Shown piece after piece: positions 61,824 through 64,000 of a stretch of 64,000 nucleotides of DNA. Every line of letters starts with the position of its first letter. The first letter of the stretch is position 1. The stretch comes from an uncultured Actinomycetes bacterium (GTDB lineage Bacteria > SZUA-79 > Acidulodesulfobacterales > Acidulodesulfobacteraceae): assembly GCA_964631685.1 (NCBI GenBank), contig CAZVZU010000006.1, positions 1 to 64,000 on the forward strand. Direction: 5' to 3'. The notes below the pieces were generated by a model. It was not told the DNA's origin. It saw only the letters and a program-made list of their open reading frames with translations, and ran no database searches. A program made the translations under genes and the position numbers.

Positions 61824-61956
61824 ATTATCTCCATTATAATAAATAATTTTGAAATCAATCGAACATTTTGAACACAAGTATCATATTGGAAAACTTACAA
61901 GACTCTTTCAAAATATGTTTACATCTTTATAATGGTATCATACAATATACTCAAAA

Positions 61957-63513
61957 TCAACAAGATTGTTGCCTTAAATAGTAAAGTATCGTTCTAGCAC
62001 CAACACCCGTCGCACCTTTAGGATTATACGTAAAACCGGTTTTAGTAAAAGACGGCCCGGCTATATCTATATGGCACCACTTAACTTTATCGGATACAAA
62101 TTCTTCTAAAAACATACCTGCGGTTATGGCTCCGCCATATCTATTTCCAATATTCCTAATGTCTGCAATGGGGCTTGAAAGTTTCTCCCTCATGTTATCA
62201 TCAAACGGCAATTCCCACATTTTTTCGCCAGATATCTCGCTAGTTTTAATAATACTGTTTATCAACGTTTTATCGTTTCCCATAACCCCGGAGGTATATT
62301 CGCCTAACGCAACGACACAAGCGCCGGTGAGGGTAGCTATATCTATTATCTCATCGACTCCTATATTTTCTGCAAAAGTCAATGCATCTGCCAAGGTTAA
62401 ACGACCCTCTGCATCTGTATTTTCTATTTCAATAGTTTTTCCGTTAAGCGCCTTAACTATATCGTCCGGCCTCTGAGCATGTCCATCCGGCATATTTTCG
62501 CAGGCAGCTATAATACCGTGAACTTCCGCACCCAAGTTTAGCTTGGAAACATATCTCATTATCCCTAATACTGCACAAGCCCCCGACTTATCAGACTTCA
62601 TGTTGGTCATAAAATCAGACGGCTTTAACGAAAGTCCGCCACTATCAAATGTAACGCCCTTCCCTACTATTGCAATTTTTTTTATCTTATTTTTTTTGGC
62701 TGTAGGTTTTGGCTTGTAAATCAAATGAATAAATCTTGGAGGATTTTTCGAACCCCGGGCAACGCCATAGAAGGAAAGCATTTTATGCTTTACTATATCT
62801 TTTTCATCAAATATTTTGCATTCAATTCCTACCTCTGTAGAAAATTCCTTTGCAATATTCGCAAGATAGATGGGGGTAGCAACATTTCCCGGCTCGTTAA
62901 TCATGTCTCTTGCAAAATTTGCGGCTTCAGATGTAATCTTTCCAAAATCTAACCCCTCTTTAACCTGTTTTTCTTTAGCCTTGTTCATTGCGATAGGTCC
63001 AAAATAAACACGAATAGGTCTAAAATCTTCGGCTTTTTTGCCACCCTTGTCTGCATCCTTTGTTTTATATTTCTTAAATTCGTATAAACCCAACGAAGCG
63101 CCCTCTGCTACGGCAGACGACATAAAAAACAACCCATCGTCCAGATAATATTCGTTCGGCATGTCGGGGAATATAAAGGTTACATCTTTAATTTTATTTT
63201 TTCTGGCAATTTTTAAAGAGTTTGAAACAAAGCACCTTATGGAATCATAATTAAACTTAGTCTTCTTATCGAGACCGTGTACTAACGAAGTGATAGGCGA
63301 CTCAACCAACACATTTTTTCCTTTTTTAGCTTTAAAATCAAGTTGTTTTAATCTTTTGTATAAAAAATAAAATTTATTAAGACTTTTATTTTTTAAAAAG
63401 TCATTCTCATGCCCTTCAAAAACCCCAAATACAAAGATACGATCAAATGATTCCGGTCTATTTTCGCATTCCTTTAAGATTTTTTCGACAGAACTAACAA
63501 CTTTAAATTCCAA
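61957..63513 (-). CDS. pepA: Leucyl aminopeptidase (M17)
   Basis: VGKGVTFDSGG, MKSDKSG, NTDAEGRL, ATLTGA, HIDIAG. Confidence 0.96.
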   Translation of the reverse strand: MEFKVVSSVEKILKECENRPESFDRIFVFGVFEGHENDFLKNKSLNKFYFLYKRLKQLDFKAKKGKNVLVESPITSLVHGLDKKTKFNYDSIRCFVSNSLKIARKNKIKDVTFIFPDMPNEYYLDDGLFFMSSAVAEGASLGLYEFKKYKTKDADKGGKKAEDFRPIRVYFGPIAMNKAKEKQVKEGLDFGKITSEAANFARDMINEPGNVATPIYLANIAKEFSTEVGIECKIFDEKDIVKHKMLSFYGVARGSKNPPRFIHLIYKPKPTAKKNKIKKIAIVGKGVTFDSGGLSLKPSDFMTNMKSDKSGACAVLGIMRYVSKLNLGAEVHGIIAACENMPDGHAQRPDDIVKALNGKTIEIENTDAEGRLTLADALTFAENIGVDEIIDIATLTGACVVALGEYTSGVMGNDKTLINSIIKTSEISGEKMWELPFDDNMREKLSSPIADIRNIGNRYGGAITAGMFLEEFVSDKVKWCHIDIAGPSFTKTGFTYNPKGATGVGARTILYYLRQQSC

Positions 63514-63560
63514 TTTAATACCCCCATGTTTTTATAATATATTTACCCTTATGATAACCT

Positions 63561-64000
63561 TTAATCCTCTTCTATTGTGGATAAATCCCCTTCGTCCATA
63601 CCCATCTCTCTAGCCTTTAAAACCCGTCTCATAATTTTTCCACTCCTTGTTTTTGGCAAAGAATCCACAAATTCTATTTCATCCGGCTTAGCAATGGGGC
63701 CCAACGTTTTTCCTACATTCATTCTTATATCCTCCAACAATGCATCGCTTCTCTTGAATTCAGGCCTTAAAACAACAAACGCCTTTATAGAATTACCCTT
63801 AAGTTCGTGAGGTTTTCCGATAACTGCAGACTCAGCCACCGATTCATGGGTAATAATGGCACTCTCTATTTCCGCCGTTCCAAGCCTATAACCAGATACC
63901 TTTATGACATCATCTATTCTGCCCATAACATAAAAATATCCGTCTTCGTCGCGCTTTGCCGTATCGCCTGCGAGATATACGCCTTTGAACTTAGAAAAAT
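63561..64000 (-). CDS. acs: Acetyl-CoA synthetase, C-terminal part (truncated by the window)
   Basis: [53 protein letters not shown]. Confidence 0.92.
   Translation of the reverse strand, partial: FSKFKGVYLAGDTAKRDEDGYFYVMGRIDDVIKVSGYRLGTAEIESAIITHESVAESAVIGKPHELKGNSIKAFVVLRPEFKRSDALLEDIRMNVGKTLGPIAKPDEIEFVDSLPKTRSGKIMRRVLKAREMGMDEGDLSTIEED

Overview
AT-rich bacterial chromosome segment. Gene content and order (ispE-spoVG-tRNA-Gln-prs-rplY-pth-ychF, a pilGHI/xap-like ABC trio, an SfrB-type complex I, arsB) look deltaproteobacteria-like; an acidophile such as Ca. Acidulodesulfobacterales is only my guess. Bases 1-5940 are an accessory region next to the 3' end of tRNA-Pro(GGG). It holds the distal part of a CRISPR array (47 identical 35-nt repeats, 46 full spacers, type III-like, no cas genes in view), a histidine-kinase relic, a small membrane protein and a NYN/LOTUS ribonuclease. 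The rest is mostly housekeeping: rhlE, hsp20, pyk, recD2, arsB, two c-di-GMP enzymes, addAB, ubiE, panB, ptb, fprA, hemW, tRNA-Ser followed by a DpnII-like restriction-modification pair, a nuo operon in which NuoE/F are replaced by an SfrB/GltD-like flavoprotein, pepA and partial acs. The most interesting signal is in the spacers. About 20 of 46 pile onto a few loci of divergent variants of what looks like one small element. Overlapping spacers reconstruct a ~93-nt non-coding structured RNA with a compensatory base-pair change, a second hairpin element, a gene junction and short peptides. Two other spacer targets form a long G-U-rich duplex. Together this points to a small, fast-evolving, highly structured (possibly RNA or ssDNA) parasite that I cannot identify. 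Spacers are numbered sp1-sp46 from the left.
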